Below are positions 9,211 through 19,989 of a DNA stretch of 64,000 nucleotides, piece after piece; within the stretch, counting starts at the first letter, position 1, and every line of letters starts with the position of its first letter. The stretch lies in NCBI GenBank assembly GCA_947627865.1, contig CANQXU010000001.1, positions 14,717 to 78,716 on the forward strand, given 5' to 3'. A program made the translations under genes and the position numbers. The notes below the pieces were generated by a model, which saw only the letters and a list, made by a program, of their open reading frames with translations, ran no database searches and was not told the DNA's origin. The DNA comes from an uncultured Paenochrobactrum sp. (GTDB lineage Bacteria > Pseudomonadota > Alphaproteobacteria > Rhizobiales > Rhizobiaceae).

Positions 9211-11177
9211 TTTTTACCCCCAACACGAATACGCGACTTTTCGCCTCGGACTTTTTTCTCGTATAGCTTCAGGAATTTCAAGGCCTTCTTGCTGGCCTGA
9301 TTGAAGGCCTTATCCCCCTTAGGTGAAATGATAATCGGCACCTTACCTTTGACGATTTTGTTCGCCTGATTAATTGCCATGAATTCAAGGTTCGGTAGCC
9401 AGCCCAACAATGGGGATGGGAACAGCTCACCTTCCTCTTCCATGATGCGCTCACTGACCGAGCCGGTGATCATCTCCGGGTCAGCACCCGCGCTAGACCC
9501 GTGTCCGCGCATCACGTATTTGAACTTAGTCATCGGCACACGCTTCATTACCGCTTCTTGTGCATCGGGATCCGGTGTACGCAACGCGGTAAAGTGGTTG
9601 GTATTGGTGATGATTTGTTTCATCTTCGCTTCAGAGCCCAGGCGTGCTTCAAAGTCACTGGTGGACTGAGATGAGATGAAGAGGCGGAAGCCCGCACCAC
9701 GGGTTTTGTTCAGCATCTTGATCACCTGATCGTTGATAACTTCAGCGGCCTCGTCGATCAGCACCATTACTGGAGCCAGGTCATCGCCTCGGGGCTTCAT
9801 GAAGTTGTACACGTCCGCCGACACACTGGTGATGTCAGACAAAAAGATGGAACCCACTGCCGAACCAGTTTCACCATCCGCCAAGGAATCCAGCCCCATG
9901 TACAGCATGCCGCCAGTCGTGATGATGTCTCGCACGTTGGAGATAGGGCGGAAGTCATTCAGTTGTGACTCGTCATCACTGTCCGGGGAAAGCAATTCGG
10001 CCATAAAACCCTGAGTCAGCTGACTCAGGATAGGCATAACGTTCAAGATCATCTTCTGGAAGTGCTCTCGTTGGTGACCGAGCATATCCAGACCGGCTTC
10101 AATGCTGGGAAAACTGCGGTTTGCCTTGATATCGTTGCGGTAGATTTCCGCACAGATATCGGCGATTTCCTTTGGCCCCTTCGCCTTGTTTGCATAGCGA
10201 TCCATGCGCATGGCGAAGATTCGGTCAAAATCATCCTCGCCCAACACCTGACGGCCAATTTTGGTCACTGACTTAATGATGAGATCGGCCAGGGAAGAAA
10301 CGTCAGATCCCAACTGGGTTTTCACGTTCTTGAGCGTTGGCTTTATTTCGCAGACTTTCATCAGCTCAACAACCGTGGTCAAGGACATGATACCGAATGA
10401 CACGAAGGGATCACTGGTGCCATCGGCGCGCTGAATGACGGAGGTTATGCGGTTCGCCACTTCCCCGGCGCGGGTGTAGTTCGTGATAGGTGAAATACGG
10501 GCGGATTTCTCGGGGTGCGCCAGTGACATATAGTTGAATTTATCTTCCCGGTTCACCAGCCGTAGGCACATGTTCATCCAGTCAGCTAACTCTTCATCGT
10601 TTTTCGGATCGATGAGGATGAGGGGTTGCTTCTTGAGCGCTGCCTGAAGGATAAGCAACTTATAATAGGTTGTTTTACCAGAGCCAGTTGTCCCGGTCAC
10701 CAGAGTGTGCAATGACAACAGGTCTTCAGCAACACGGATCCATTCTTCAGATTCGCCCAGCGCATGTATCCAGCCAAGGCCCATGAAGTTTTCAGGCACT
10801 TTGCTCACGAACTTTTTAAGGTCGCGCTTGACGAGTTCGGAAGCTAACTGGCCTTCGGGTTGACGCCACTCAAATCCGCGTCCCAGCAGATAGCAATCGG
10901 GAAACTTCATCATTACGTCGATAACGGCTTCGAGATCCATTTTCAGGACGTTAGGCTTGCGCTTCAAGCGACTCTTGTGTTTGTAAATATCCCACGCAGA
11001 AGGCACGGAGCGAACTGCATAGGCTGCTTGAACCGCAACCGCTAAGTAGCATGGTACAGAAGGCATATTGAATGCAGCGTTGACTGCCAGTGAGGCAGCA
11101 ATCCCCACACCCCAACCGGCGATTTCCAGCGCCTCAAAGTTGGGACGCCAACGCATGTTATAACTCCACTCACTCAT
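9207..11177 (-). CDS. traD: Type IV coupling protein TraD
   Basis: Two N-terminal TMs, Walker A GTTGSGKT, IDPKND, Walker B VLIDEAAE. Confidence 0.93.
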   Translation of the reverse strand: MSEWSYNMRWRPNFEALEIAGWGVGIAASLAVNAAFNMPSVPCYLAVAVQAAYAVRSVPSAWDIYKHKSRLKRKPNVLKMDLEAVIDVMMKFPDCYLLGRGFEWRQPEGQLASELVKRDLKKFVSKVPENFMGLGWIHALGESEEWIRVAEDLLSLHTLVTGTTGSGKTTYYKLLILQAALKKQPLILIDPKNDEELADWMNMCLRLVNREDKFNYMSLAHPEKSARISPITNYTRAGEVANRITSVIQRADGTSDPFVSFGIMSLTTVVELMKVCEIKPTLKNVKTQLGSDVSSLADLIIKSVTKIGRQVLGEDDFDRIFAMRMDRYANKAKGPKEIADICAEIYRNDIKANRSFPSIEAGLDMLGHQREHFQKMILNVMPILSQLTQGFMAELLSPDSDDESQLNDFRPISNVRDIITTGGMLYMGLDSLADGETGSAVGSIFLSDITSVSADVYNFMKPRGDDLAPVMVLIDEAAEVINDQVIKMLNKTRGAGFRLFISSQSTSDFEARLGSEAKMKQIITNTNHFTALRTPDPDAQEAVMKRVPMTKFKYVMRGHGSSAGADPEMITGSVSERIMEEEGELFPSPLLGWLPNLEFMAINQANKIVKGKVPIIISPKGDKAFNQASKKALKFLKLYEKKVRGEKSRIRVGGKK

Positions 11178-13833
11178 TATCGTTCACCATGAAATTTTGA
11201 ATGTTGCTGTTCACGAGGATGTAATCGACACCGGTACGTGTCACATAGTCGAAATTATCAATCAGCACTTGCTGAAACTGATTGGCGTTAATATTTAGGT
11301 CCTGCGCGATACGTCGCTTTTGCAGTGAGGACAAGGCGATTACTGGGTCACCATTGAATGCGGCTTTATTGGCCCCCTTGGTAGCGATGGCGCGATAGAC
11401 TTCTGTCATATCGACACTGACGTCTGACAAATCGAACGGACTCAGATTTGAGCGATAGCGGTTACCAGAAAGCTGGTCGATGTCAGCGTTAAGCTCTTTA
11501 CGCAGGTAGAAACACATTTGTGAACGGTGGGTGTAATACTCACAAGGGGCTTCCATAAACGGATACCAGATCCAGTCTGCATCCCGCATTGGCTCAAAGA
11601 GGGAGTCTTCAACCCCGTTTTCAAGAATAATGCAGCAGTGGCCGCTTTCATGGAAAAGGCTTGAAGAGTTTGCTGCAACATAGGAGGCCAGTTTGTCCTT
11701 GGCGAGATCGGGCGCGCTACGGAAAATTGGGCTCTGATCTTGATGCAAAGAGGTCAACTGCTCGACACCGAATGCAGCCGCGTTGTTCTTGTCGTAGCCA
11801 AAATCGTTATCCTGAGCCGGTTCAAAATTGCCGTTATCCACTTCATCCTGAACACGTTGGATTTGAGCGCGCGCTTCGGCCATCGGATCAATATCCGGTT
11901 TGGCTTCCATTAAGTTGCGCTCGTCATTCTGATAGTCATCCGTGACTGCGTGGTACTTCAGGGTCTCCCATAAAGATAGCGTTTCACGGTCAAACTCAGG
12001 CTCTTGATAATGCACCATCGTTGTAATTGGGGACGGAGTTTCGTCATCAGAACCTTGCTTGCTCAATACGTCTTTGAGGCTCAGCTGTTGCGGTTCAACC
12101 TTGTTTTTTTTCAGTTCGCGTGACGGCACCTTAATAGGCTGACTCTGCTCAACCGGTACGGATGGAGCCTGGAAGGCTTCCCCTGGCTTTAGATTAGCCA
12201 GCTCTGCTTGGGCTTTGGCTTTCGCATCCTGTCGTGCATTGACCTTTTCATAGTCCGCATCAGACAGCAGTTTCAGGTGATGCAGCAGCTGGTGGGCGTT
12301 GTCCGGAGTTACAGGGTTAGAGGCACCAAACATATTTTCCAATGGGCTGTCATTCTCATCCGGCAGTAGTGTACCTCCCTTGAGGATTTCAGGATCGACG
12401 TCAGCCGGAATGCTGTTTTCGCGCGGTACTTTATTGCCCACGTAAGGGCGGCTTTCTTTCAGTACAGGGATATTTTTCCCTTTACTGGTTTGAAACTCAC
12501 GCCACTCGCTCTCAATTCGAATGCGGGAGGAAATAGGCAATGGCTCCATTGTGTCCACAAACAGGACGTCCGGAGAGATAAGACGCAGGCAACTCAACGC
12601 CACTTTCGGCTCTTTGCTGTTGCGCGAATCTCGGTCATTCATGATGTGGGGGGCAATGCGCCAATACGCGGTATCTTCGTTTTTGTTTACGTTCGGAATG
12701 CACAGCTTATAGCTCATCATCAGATCAGCTAGGCTGTTGGCCGATTGAGGGATCACTGCACCGGATTTCTTCACGGTGTTGGTGATGTCTTTGACTGCCG
12801 TACCCCAAACGATAAACACGCCGTAGGTGGTTACCCAAATTGGGTTACCAGGCTTGTTGGGTTGCCAAACACCTTTCTTTAATAGGTGGCGCATGGCATC
12901 CACAATACGTTGGACAGCAGGCACACCCGACTGTGTTGCACGAACCGCGTCACCGCCGTAACGTTGCAGATCGTGACGGACAGAAATAACGTCAGACTCC
13001 TTCACAATCTTCAGGATCTTGTTTTTCATTTCGGATGCCGTTTCGTCGGTGGCATCCAGTCTAACGGTACTCACTGCCATAGCCCGAGTCAGCTCGTTAT
13101 AGATGTCGTTACCTTCGCTCAGCAGGAACTCATGCAGGATTTGCGGCACGATCATCATCATCATAGCCGTGGTGCTTGAGTGGTGTTGTTGGTGCCGCGA
13201 GCTCTTCCAGACTAGGAAATAACGTTCAATTTTATTGGCTTTAGCCCATTCATGAATAGGGGTTCGACCCGGAGGCCAGTGATAGGTACCTGACTTGTCC
13301 CAGACCTCGTAATCGGTAAATGGCTTACCAATGTCATGCAGCAGGCCAGCGGTTGCAATTGCAAGACGCCAGGCCAACATTCGGCTAGATTTCACCACAG
13401 GCATTTCCATCGAATCGAATTCAATGTTTTTGGCTTTACGAATGGACTGGAAGCACACTTCTAGCGAATGGCGCATCAGGCCACTTTGTGCCCGATGGTG
13501 GTGGTGTTCGGATGCGGGGAACAGCTGTACGAAATTCGCAAAGCTATCAAGCATCGGCATCATCAACTGGTCAAATTCGCTATCACGAATATTGAGCTCG
13601 CGTTTAATGGCCTGGATCATGTCAGTTTGTTTTTCACGCAGAATGTAGTTACCCGGAATCAGTGCAGGGAAACCAATTTCGGCAGGCGGGTAACGCAAGA
13701 TGTCTCCACGCACAACCATTGAATCCACGCCGTCGCGCATAGAGTCGATTTCTTCGAGGGTCTCCAGAGGGATGTTAATCTCTTCCTGTTCCTCATTTTT
13801 TTTGCCAAACAGCGTTTTGATGATCTTCAGCAT
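11170..13833 (-). CDS. traI: MOBH-family relaxase TraI
   Basis: PASEHHHH and GLLHDIGK HD-hydrolase motifs, upstream of traD. Confidence 0.92.
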   Translation of the reverse strand: MLKIIKTLFGKKNEEQEEINIPLETLEEIDSMRDGVDSMVVRGDILRYPPAEIGFPALIPGNYILREKQTDMIQAIKRELNIRDSEFDQLMMPMLDSFANFVQLFPASEHHHHRAQSGLMRHSLEVCFQSIRKAKNIEFDSMEMPVVKSSRMLAWRLAIATAGLLHDIGKPFTDYEVWDKSGTYHWPPGRTPIHEWAKANKIERYFLVWKSSRHQQHHSSTTAMMMMIVPQILHEFLLSEGNDIYNELTRAMAVSTVRLDATDETASEMKNKILKIVKESDVISVRHDLQRYGGDAVRATQSGVPAVQRIVDAMRHLLKKGVWQPNKPGNPIWVTTYGVFIVWGTAVKDITNTVKKSGAVIPQSANSLADLMMSYKLCIPNVNKNEDTAYWRIAPHIMNDRDSRNSKEPKVALSCLRLISPDVLFVDTMEPLPISSRIRIESEWREFQTSKGKNIPVLKESRPYVGNKVPRENSIPADVDPEILKGGTLLPDENDSPLENMFGASNPVTPDNAHQLLHHLKLLSDADYEKVNARQDAKAKAQAELANLKPGEAFQAPSVPVEQSQPIKVPSRELKKNKVEPQQLSLKDVLSKQGSDDETPSPITTMVHYQEPEFDRETLSLWETLKYHAVTDDYQNDERNLMEAKPDIDPMAEARAQIQRVQDEVDNGNFEPAQDNDFGYDKNNAAAFGVEQLTSLHQDQSPIFRSAPDLAKDKLASYVAANSSSLFHESGHCCIILENGVEDSLFEPMRDADWIWYPFMEAPCEYYTHRSQMCFYLRKELNADIDQLSGNRYRSNLSPFDLSDVSVDMTEVYRAIATKGANKAAFNGDPVIALSSLQKRRIAQDLNINANQFQQVLIDNFDYVTRTGVDYILVNSNIQNFMVNDNE

Positions 13834-13980
13834 TTAAAGCTCTCCGTTGTAGTGCAAGTACGATAACCCATGACGGGGTGCAGGCTGGAACGAAAAGGCC
13901 CCCGTTTTGTCGCCTAAAACGGTAACTGGAGAAATTAAAAAAAAGGATAATGACTGTGCTTTCTAACCGGAGAAGAAGTG

Positions 13981-14556
13981 ATGAAAACCCGTAATCGTTT
14001 CGCATTGCCCTTGTTGGCAACTTTAGTCATTGCCACCTTGACCGGGTGTGCCGCTGACAAACCAACGGCCCCAGAACGTACTTACGTTGATGAAACGCAG
14101 GTGACTGTGGTCAAGGCGACTTATCCAGAGGGCTATGAGTTTTCAGAGTCCTACTACAGTACAGAACGTGGCGGTGCGGCACTGCGCCATCCAGGCTATC
14201 AGCACACGCGGGTGAGCCCGTATGCGGTACATGATCAGACAGGTAAACGCTATGTTGCTCGTGATCTGGATACCCAGATTTTGCTCACCAGCGTATCCAG
14301 TACGGCCTATGCCAATGGCCCGCGCGGGACGTTTACGCAGTCACCTAGATTCTGCGATGAAAACTCTTTCATGCTGCCGAACAGCAAGCAGACCGCCAAG
14401 CGGGGTGAGTACCTGCAAATTAAAGAGCGTTACTGCTCTACACCAGGTTACCGATTAAGTCAGCATGAGATTGACGTGCTGACCCGAGGTGAGCCAGAAG
14501 AACTGCGCCAGTATCGACTGAAAATGTATGTCGATAACCAATTCACCAAATTTTAA
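13981..14556 (+). CDS. Putative lipoprotein
   Basis: Lipobox ATLTG-C, divergent from traI. Confidence 0.75.
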   Translation: MKTRNRFALPLLATLVIATLTGCAADKPTAPERTYVDETQVTVVKATYPEGYEFSESYYSTERGGAALRHPGYQHTRVSPYAVHDQTGKRYVARDLDTQILLTSVSSTAYANGPRGTFTQSPRFCDENSFMLPNSKQTAKRGEYLQIKERYCSTPGYRLSQHEIDVLTRGEPEELRQYRLKMYVDNQFTKF

Positions 14557-14590
14557 GTGACTACTAATTCTTAAGTGGGGTAAGAAAACG

Positions 14591-15517
14591 ATGTCCAAGC
14601 AAGTCAAGAAAGTTCAAATCATCGGTCCTATTGCTATTGGCGTGATGATTGCAGTTGCAACGGGTGCCAGTGTCTACACTGCCGTGCAAACGAGCGATAT
14701 CAAGACCAAACTGAACAGCCTTCAAGCGCAGGTGGTGCAGGTCGAAAACAACGGAAAAAGCTTGTACGCAAGTGTTGAGGGACACTTTGCGCAGTTAGCG
14801 AAAACCGGTGGTGTTGCGGGCGGTGAAGGTGGTGACGTGAAATCAGCGGTCAAAGCGGCGCTGGCAGGTATGGAAGAAGATAAACTGGCCGAGAAGCGAG
14901 CTGAGCTTTATAAAGGCTGGGAGCAGGTGAGTGTGAACAAAGATGGGCGCTATATTTACGGTAACCCGGATGCACGCTTCACGCTGGTGAACTACGAAGA
15001 TCTGGAATGCCCGTTCTGCAAGCAGTTCCATAAAACACCGAAATATCTGGTCGATACGGCCAACAATGGTGCGGTGAACTGGGAGTGGCGTCACTTCAAC
15101 CTGGCTTTCCACGAGCCGATGGCAACCAAAGCAGCCATGACAGCAGAGTGTGTGGCAGAGCAGAAGGGACCAAAGGGCTTCTGGGGTGCGACCAACTACT
15201 GGTTCGAACACACGCAGGGCAATGGCAAAGGTTTTGAAGACAGTGCAGGTATCCCGGCGTTGTTTGAGCTGGATAAAGCCGCGTTTGATACCTGTATGCA
15301 GGATCCGAGCATCATTCAGCGCATTAAGCGTGATATGGATGCAGGTATGAAAGATGGTGTAAACGGGACACCGACTACCCTAGTCATCGATAACAAAACG
15401 GGTGAACGTGAAAGCATTGTCGGTGCTCGACCGTTCGCAGGCTTTGTTGAAGTCATTGAGCGCATGGTGAAAGGCGAGTCTGAAAAAGCACCAGCTGCCG
15501 CACCTGCTAAAAAATAA
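14591..15517 (+). CDS. Second membrane-anchored DsbA/thioredoxin-fold protein
   Basis: TM plus coiled coil, YGNPDA...YEDLECPFCK, GTP cis-Pro loop. Confidence 0.88.
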   Translation: MSKQVKKVQIIGPIAIGVMIAVATGASVYTAVQTSDIKTKLNSLQAQVVQVENNGKSLYASVEGHFAQLAKTGGVAGGEGGDVKSAVKAALAGMEEDKLAEKRAELYKGWEQVSVNKDGRYIYGNPDARFTLVNYEDLECPFCKQFHKTPKYLVDTANNGAVNWEWRHFNLAFHEPMATKAAMTAECVAEQKGPKGFWGATNYWFEHTQGNGKGFEDSAGIPALFELDKAAFDTCMQDPSIIQRIKRDMDAGMKDGVNGTPTTLVIDNKTGERESIVGARPFAGFVEVIERMVKGESEKAPAAAPAKK

Positions 15518-15570
15518 AACCTGAAGCCCGGCTTGTCCGGGCAATCCTACTATCCAGCACAGAGAATATT

Positions 15571-15903
15571 ATGCAAAAAAGTTTATTTTTAATTCCGGCG
15601 TTGCTGATTGCACTCAGCGTCTCGACAGCGGTTCAGGCCACCGAAAAATCTAGCGAATCAGATCAGATCCAGGCATTAAAGAGCCTGGCAAGCGGTGACA
15701 AGAATGGGGAACAGTTGAAACCGTTATGGGAACGTGGGGTTGATGGTCTTAATGCTAAAAAATGCGATATCAAAGAGTCGCTGCATGAACTCAGCAAAAA
15801 GATGGAAAATCAATTTGCGGGCGAGAATCTGGATGTGGAAACAACGGCACATGCACAGGCTAAGAATGATAGTCCTGACAAAGAGAGCTACGCCTGCCAG
15901 TGA
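15571..15903 (+). CDS. Secreted hypothetical protein
   Basis: Sec signal peptide ending VQA, two Cys. Confidence 0.7.
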   Translation: MQKSLFLIPALLIALSVSTAVQATEKSSESDQIQALKSLASGDKNGEQLKPLWERGVDGLNAKKCDIKESLHELSKKMENQFAGENLDVETTAHAQAKNDSPDKESYACQ

Positions 15904-16205
15904 TTGCCATTTGTTGTATCAAAGCCAGCCTAGCGCTGTTTTTTTATGATAACATCCCATGCCTTAGGATTTTTGTTCTCAAAGAAGGGGAATTAAAGAA
16001 CTTCATGTAAAGGAGATCCATTAACGGGTCGTTATTAATGCTTATTATGTGTAGCGATGCAGGTGCTCCTTCATGGTAAGCAATGATTCCACTCATGTGA
16101 CTTGAACATTTCATCCCAGCTAGCCATACACAGCATCCTTGTAAAATTTGTTAAGGCGATAATATCATTGAATCGAATATAGAAAAGGCCCCTGAAGGGC
16201 CTTCT

Positions 16206-17681
16206 TTACACAATGACAATCGACTCATTTCGCTCACGCCGATGATTATACTGTTCGAGCAATTCCAACATTGAACCGTTGATGTTGATACGGCTCTGGG
16301 TGCGTGTAACTGCGACATACAGCAGGTTCATCTCATCAATAATGCTCTGCTTCGACTTCTTCATCATCAGCGCCTCAATGATGCTTGGGAAATCATCGTT
16401 CAAGATAACGTTATCCCATTCCATTCCTTTCGAAGTGTGAGCCGTGGTGATAATCAGATCTGCATCTTTGTGGCTTCTGGCTTCGTTCAGCCTCATAGTG
16501 TCCACCATGCCAGGAATATCAACATAGTTATCCATGAGTCGGATAGCGCGCGTCATGTTGGTGTCTTTCGTGGTCTCAGCGATTTCTTGAAAGTTAGCCC
16601 AGTTGCCATAATCGGTCAGCACTCGTGGGTTTTTAATCGCCTCATAGTTGCTCGTCTTCATGGCATGAAGATCAAGTAATTCACCCAGGTTATACTTTCC
16701 AATACCGCCGTTCCACATCACGCGCTTACCCATCAGGATTGCTTCATATGCTGAAGAGATGACGCCCATATAAGTTCGCGAGATAACGGCATGGAAACCT
16801 TGCTTGGCAATTTCTTCCGGAGGGCACACTTCATCCAATTTTCCCAGACCGACCAGTGGGTACGTTTCCCCAATCATAGACAGCACGACGTTGGCAAGCG
16901 CCGCAACCATCGGACCAAACCGGAAGGATTTTGTCAGCCTAAGTACGGACGCGCCTTTTTCTTCTACGACGCCGAGAGCATTTTCAGCACCTCTCCACCG
17001 GTTGATCATTTGGTGTTTATCGCCGACAAATAATTTCGCGCACTTGTTATTGAGAACAATATCAAGCGTTACAGGGTTGGCATCCTGCGCCTCGTCGAAC
17101 AGGATAATATCGTAGGCTGCATCAAGAGCCGGGTTCGACATTTGGTAGAGCTTCAGCAGCGTGTTGTTCGTGCAGGGAACATCAGACTCCTGGTCAATTT
17201 GTTGCTTCCAGATCCGGCGAGCGGCACGCAGAGCAGCATCCACGCGGGAGGGTGGGATTTTATCTATGTTACCAATATCCTTTAAAACGTGTGAAGTATT
17301 GATTTCATAGTCCGCCGAGTTCATAAAGTGCGACAAACCATTAATTGCCAGCTTCACCACGCGCCAGTCCTCTTCCCCCATCAGGTCTCGATATTCCTTT
17401 ACCTGAATGTTCAGTTTGGTCTTATGACGATAGTGCTTAAAGCGGGCAGCGGCCAGTGCGTGCGAGGTTTTGCAGTCCACGTTTTTTGGAAATTTCTTCT
17501 CGGCCTCTTCCCGGATAGACTTGTTGAAAACCAAATAAAGCATCTTTTTGTCTTTGTGGGTATCCGCATAGACCTTCAGTGTGAAAGTTTTGCCTGACCC
17601 CGCGTAGGCTTGCACGCAAACCATCGACCCAGGCTCTGCCTTATAGTCAATGATTTTCTGTTGCTCATCAGTTGCTGCCAT
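16206..17681 (-). CDS. UvrD/REP-like superfamily I helicase
   Basis: AYAGSGKT, DEAQD, VGDKHQMI, SFRFG, TAHTSKGMEW, YVAVTR motifs; ATG 17681 preferred. Confidence 0.9.
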   Translation of the reverse strand: MAATDEQQKIIDYKAEPGSMVCVQAYAGSGKTFTLKVYADTHKDKKMLYLVFNKSIREEAEKKFPKNVDCKTSHALAAARFKHYRHKTKLNIQVKEYRDLMGEEDWRVVKLAINGLSHFMNSADYEINTSHVLKDIGNIDKIPPSRVDAALRAARRIWKQQIDQESDVPCTNNTLLKLYQMSNPALDAAYDIILFDEAQDANPVTLDIVLNNKCAKLFVGDKHQMINRWRGAENALGVVEEKGASVLRLTKSFRFGPMVAALANVVLSMIGETYPLVGLGKLDEVCPPEEIAKQGFHAVISRTYMGVISSAYEAILMGKRVMWNGGIGKYNLGELLDLHAMKTSNYEAIKNPRVLTDYGNWANFQEIAETTKDTNMTRAIRLMDNYVDIPGMVDTMRLNEARSHKDADLIITTAHTSKGMEWDNVILNDDFPSIIEALMMKKSKQSIIDEMNLLYVAVTRTQSRININGSMLELLEQYNHRRERNESIVIV

Positions 17682-17889
17682 GAGGCTTCCTGTCGGTTGA
17701 AATAGACGTAAATCATACGATTTTTGCAACACAGAAGGCACCGAAAAGGAGGCCAGATCGGGGACAAAAAAAGCTGACTAATTGGTTTGTTCGGTGTCTC
17801 ATAGAAGCTATAAATTAGGGGGTATTTTAATACTAAATGCGGTAGTCGTTACCGGTTTAGAAATCTCCGATACAATAGGCAAAATATCA

Positions 17890-18270
17890 ATGAAAGATTC
17901 CGACCAAGAACCACTTAATGCAGAATTGATAAGCCCTGAGTGCTTCGTGAAAAATATGCGGGCACTGTATATGAAGAGCACTCGAGCACTTCGTGATTCC
18001 GACAGGCAGGCACAAAAGAAAAAGCAATTGCAAAAGGCGGTACAAGATGCCACAACGCAGTTAAGCGAACTTTCCATTAAAAGCCTTGACGGGCAGCGCA
18101 GTGACTCTTTCCAAGCACAGCAGGACAAAACAGCGAAAGCGCTCAGGAAGGCAAATCGAAAATTGGCTAAGTTCTTTAATACAGCGGAAGAAGTGGAAGA
18201 CCGCACAACGCTGGCCCTGACCAATCTTAGGGATTACCTCACTACCCACATAGATGAGAGGAATAAATAA
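17890..18270 (+). CDS. Coiled-coil hypothetical protein
   Basis: ORF track frame, ATG at 17890, stop coupled to the next gene. Confidence 0.6.
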   Translation: MKDSDQEPLNAELISPECFVKNMRALYMKSTRALRDSDRQAQKKKQLQKAVQDATTQLSELSIKSLDGQRSDSFQAQQDKTAKALRKANRKLAKFFNTAEEVEDRTTLALTNLRDYLTTHIDERNK

Positions 18271-18557
18271 TGTTTTACGCATACACGGTCCTGTGGATGA
18301 CTGCTTGGAGCCTCATTTCGATTTACGTGTATCGTAAGGATAAGCAGCAGGCGATTGAACGAGGCCCGCGAGTCGAGGAACTTACACTTGATGCGTTGGC
18401 TTTTCTGGGTGGTTGGCCGGGTTGCATTGTGGCTCAGCAGATGTTTAAGCATAAAACGCGCAGTGCGTACCAACGCCGCTTTCGTGCATTGGTTGGGGCA
18501 TGGGTACTCGGCTACGCTTCTCTATGGTATTTCTTGTGGGTAGGGCAGCTGATTTAA
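18270..18557 (+). CDS. DUF1294-family small membrane protein
   Basis: YRKDKQQA...RVEELTL...LGGWPG...FKHKT motif. Confidence 0.85.
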   Translation: MFYAYTVLWMTAWSLISIYVYRKDKQQAIERGPRVEELTLDALAFLGGWPGCIVAQQMFKHKTRSAYQRRFRALVGAWVLGYASLWYFLWVGQLI

Positions 18558-18580
18558 CGCGACACCCCCAAATAAATAAG

Positions 18581-18610
18581 AGGAGGCCATTACAAAGCGG
18601 CCTCCTTTTT
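18581..18610 (+). terminator. Intrinsic terminator
   Basis: AGGAGGCC...GGCCTCCT followed by a T run. Confidence 0.6.
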
Positions 18611-18682
18611 GTTTACCTCCTTAATGGATAATGCAAAAATGCAGGTGCAAGTTGCAAATTTGCATTGCCATCGGAGGGAGTA

Positions 18683-19555
18683 ATGATTTGGGATGATATC
18701 CGAGTCTTTTTAGCTATATACCGGACTGGGGCAATAAGGGATGCTGCACAACGTTTAACAATGGATCAAACTACGGTAACTAGGCGGCTGAATAACCTCG
18801 AAAAAACATTGGACTGCAAACTTTTCTTGCGCACTCAAGACGGATACATCCTCACTCCAGCAGGAATTAATGCCCTGGATAGTGCAGAGAGGATGGAGCG
18901 AGATGCAGTTTCATTTAAGCGCCTGAGCGAAGGAGTTAATAGTGAGCTTTGTGGTGATGTCGTTCTCGCTACAACCGACACATTGGCCGTGGACTTCATT
19001 TTACCGGCACTGAAAATCCTGCGAGAGAAATATCCGAACATCAGAGTGAGCGTCAAAACCTCGACCCGTATTTTAGACCTTTCGCGACGTGAAGCAGATA
19101 TTGCCGTAAGAACGCTTCGACCAGAACAGGGTGACTTGATCGTTCGAAGACTCACTGAATGGGAAGTAGGGTTATATGCTACTCAGGAATATCTAGATAA
19201 GTATGGAATGCCTGTGGTTGGAACGCACTTCGCAGGTCATGAAGTTGCCATCTATCAGAAGGGGATCACTAGCAGGCAGGGTGCAACACTCGTTGGCGAG
19301 TCGCGTAAAGAGGCAAAAATAGCAGCCGAACTAGACTCCAGTTTTATGTTTTCCACTTTTATTTGTTCTGGCCTGGCCTTGGGTGAGTTGCCTGACTATC
19401 AGGCAACTCTTTATCCTGAGCTGATTCGACTGTGGCCGGAAAAGAAAAGAAAGAAAAATTACGAAGTGTGGCTAGTCATGCATACTGACTCAGCACAAAC
19501 CGCACGAGTCAGAGCCGTAGTCAATGTTATTGCCGAGGTGTTCGAACAAAAGTGA
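18683..19555 (+). CDS. LysR-family transcriptional regulator
   Basis: WDDIRVFLAIYRTG...QTTVTRRLNNLE HTH, LFLRT, READIAVR. Confidence 0.93.
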   Translation: MIWDDIRVFLAIYRTGAIRDAAQRLTMDQTTVTRRLNNLEKTLDCKLFLRTQDGYILTPAGINALDSAERMERDAVSFKRLSEGVNSELCGDVVLATTDTLAVDFILPALKILREKYPNIRVSVKTSTRILDLSRREADIAVRTLRPEQGDLIVRRLTEWEVGLYATQEYLDKYGMPVVGTHFAGHEVAIYQKGITSRQGATLVGESRKEAKIAAELDSSFMFSTFICSGLALGELPDYQATLYPELIRLWPEKKRKKNYEVWLVMHTDSAQTARVRAVVNVIAEVFEQK

Positions 19556-19603
19556 CATAAATAACTATATTGAGATGAATTTAATATAGAGTACGCAAAT
19601 AAC

Positions 19604-19629
19604 AAAAACCCAGCCGAAGCTGGGTTTTC
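19604..19629. terminator. Bidirectional terminator between lysR and traA
   Basis: AAAACCCAGC-CGAA-GCTGGGTTTT. Confidence 0.65.
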
Positions 19630-19653
19630 TTGATTCTGGCCGAAGCAGGCAAC

Positions 19654-19989
19654 TTAGATGCCAACTGGCAGTGCAGTGGTAACAGCGCTGGTGGAGGTCA
19701 TCATGCCGTCGATGATGTCTGGCGCGTAGTACAGGCCGATAGCCGCACCAACCGCAACAGCGAAGGTCATCAGAGACTGGCGAACAACCGCAGCGGCAAC
19801 ACCGACGATTACGATCAGACCGACCAGCACGCGACCCAGAGAGCCCTGCATGTATTCAGTGATGGTCTTCCACACATCACTGAAACCAGTTTGTTCGGTG
19901 CCTTTTGCGTAGATGGCGGTCACGCCCAAGGCCAGAACAGCGGAAGCAGCCAGGACAGATTTCAGGTTACGGGCGGAGATGGTTTTCAT
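19654..19989 (-). CDS. traA: Conjugative pilin precursor TraA
   Basis: Long leader, FSDVWKTITEYMQGSLGR, two hydrophobic helices, as in SXT/IncC pilins; start chosen by the AAGGA RBS. Confidence 0.85.
   Translation of the reverse strand: MKTISARNLKSVLAASAVLALGVTAIYAKGTEQTGFSDVWKTITEYMQGSLGRVLVGLIVIVGVAAAVVRQSLMTFAVAVGAAIGLYYAPDIIDGMMTSTSAVTTALPVGI

Noticed and set aside
15950-16180. AT-rich spacer before the helicase terminator
   Set aside because: No ORF, repeat or structure I could support.
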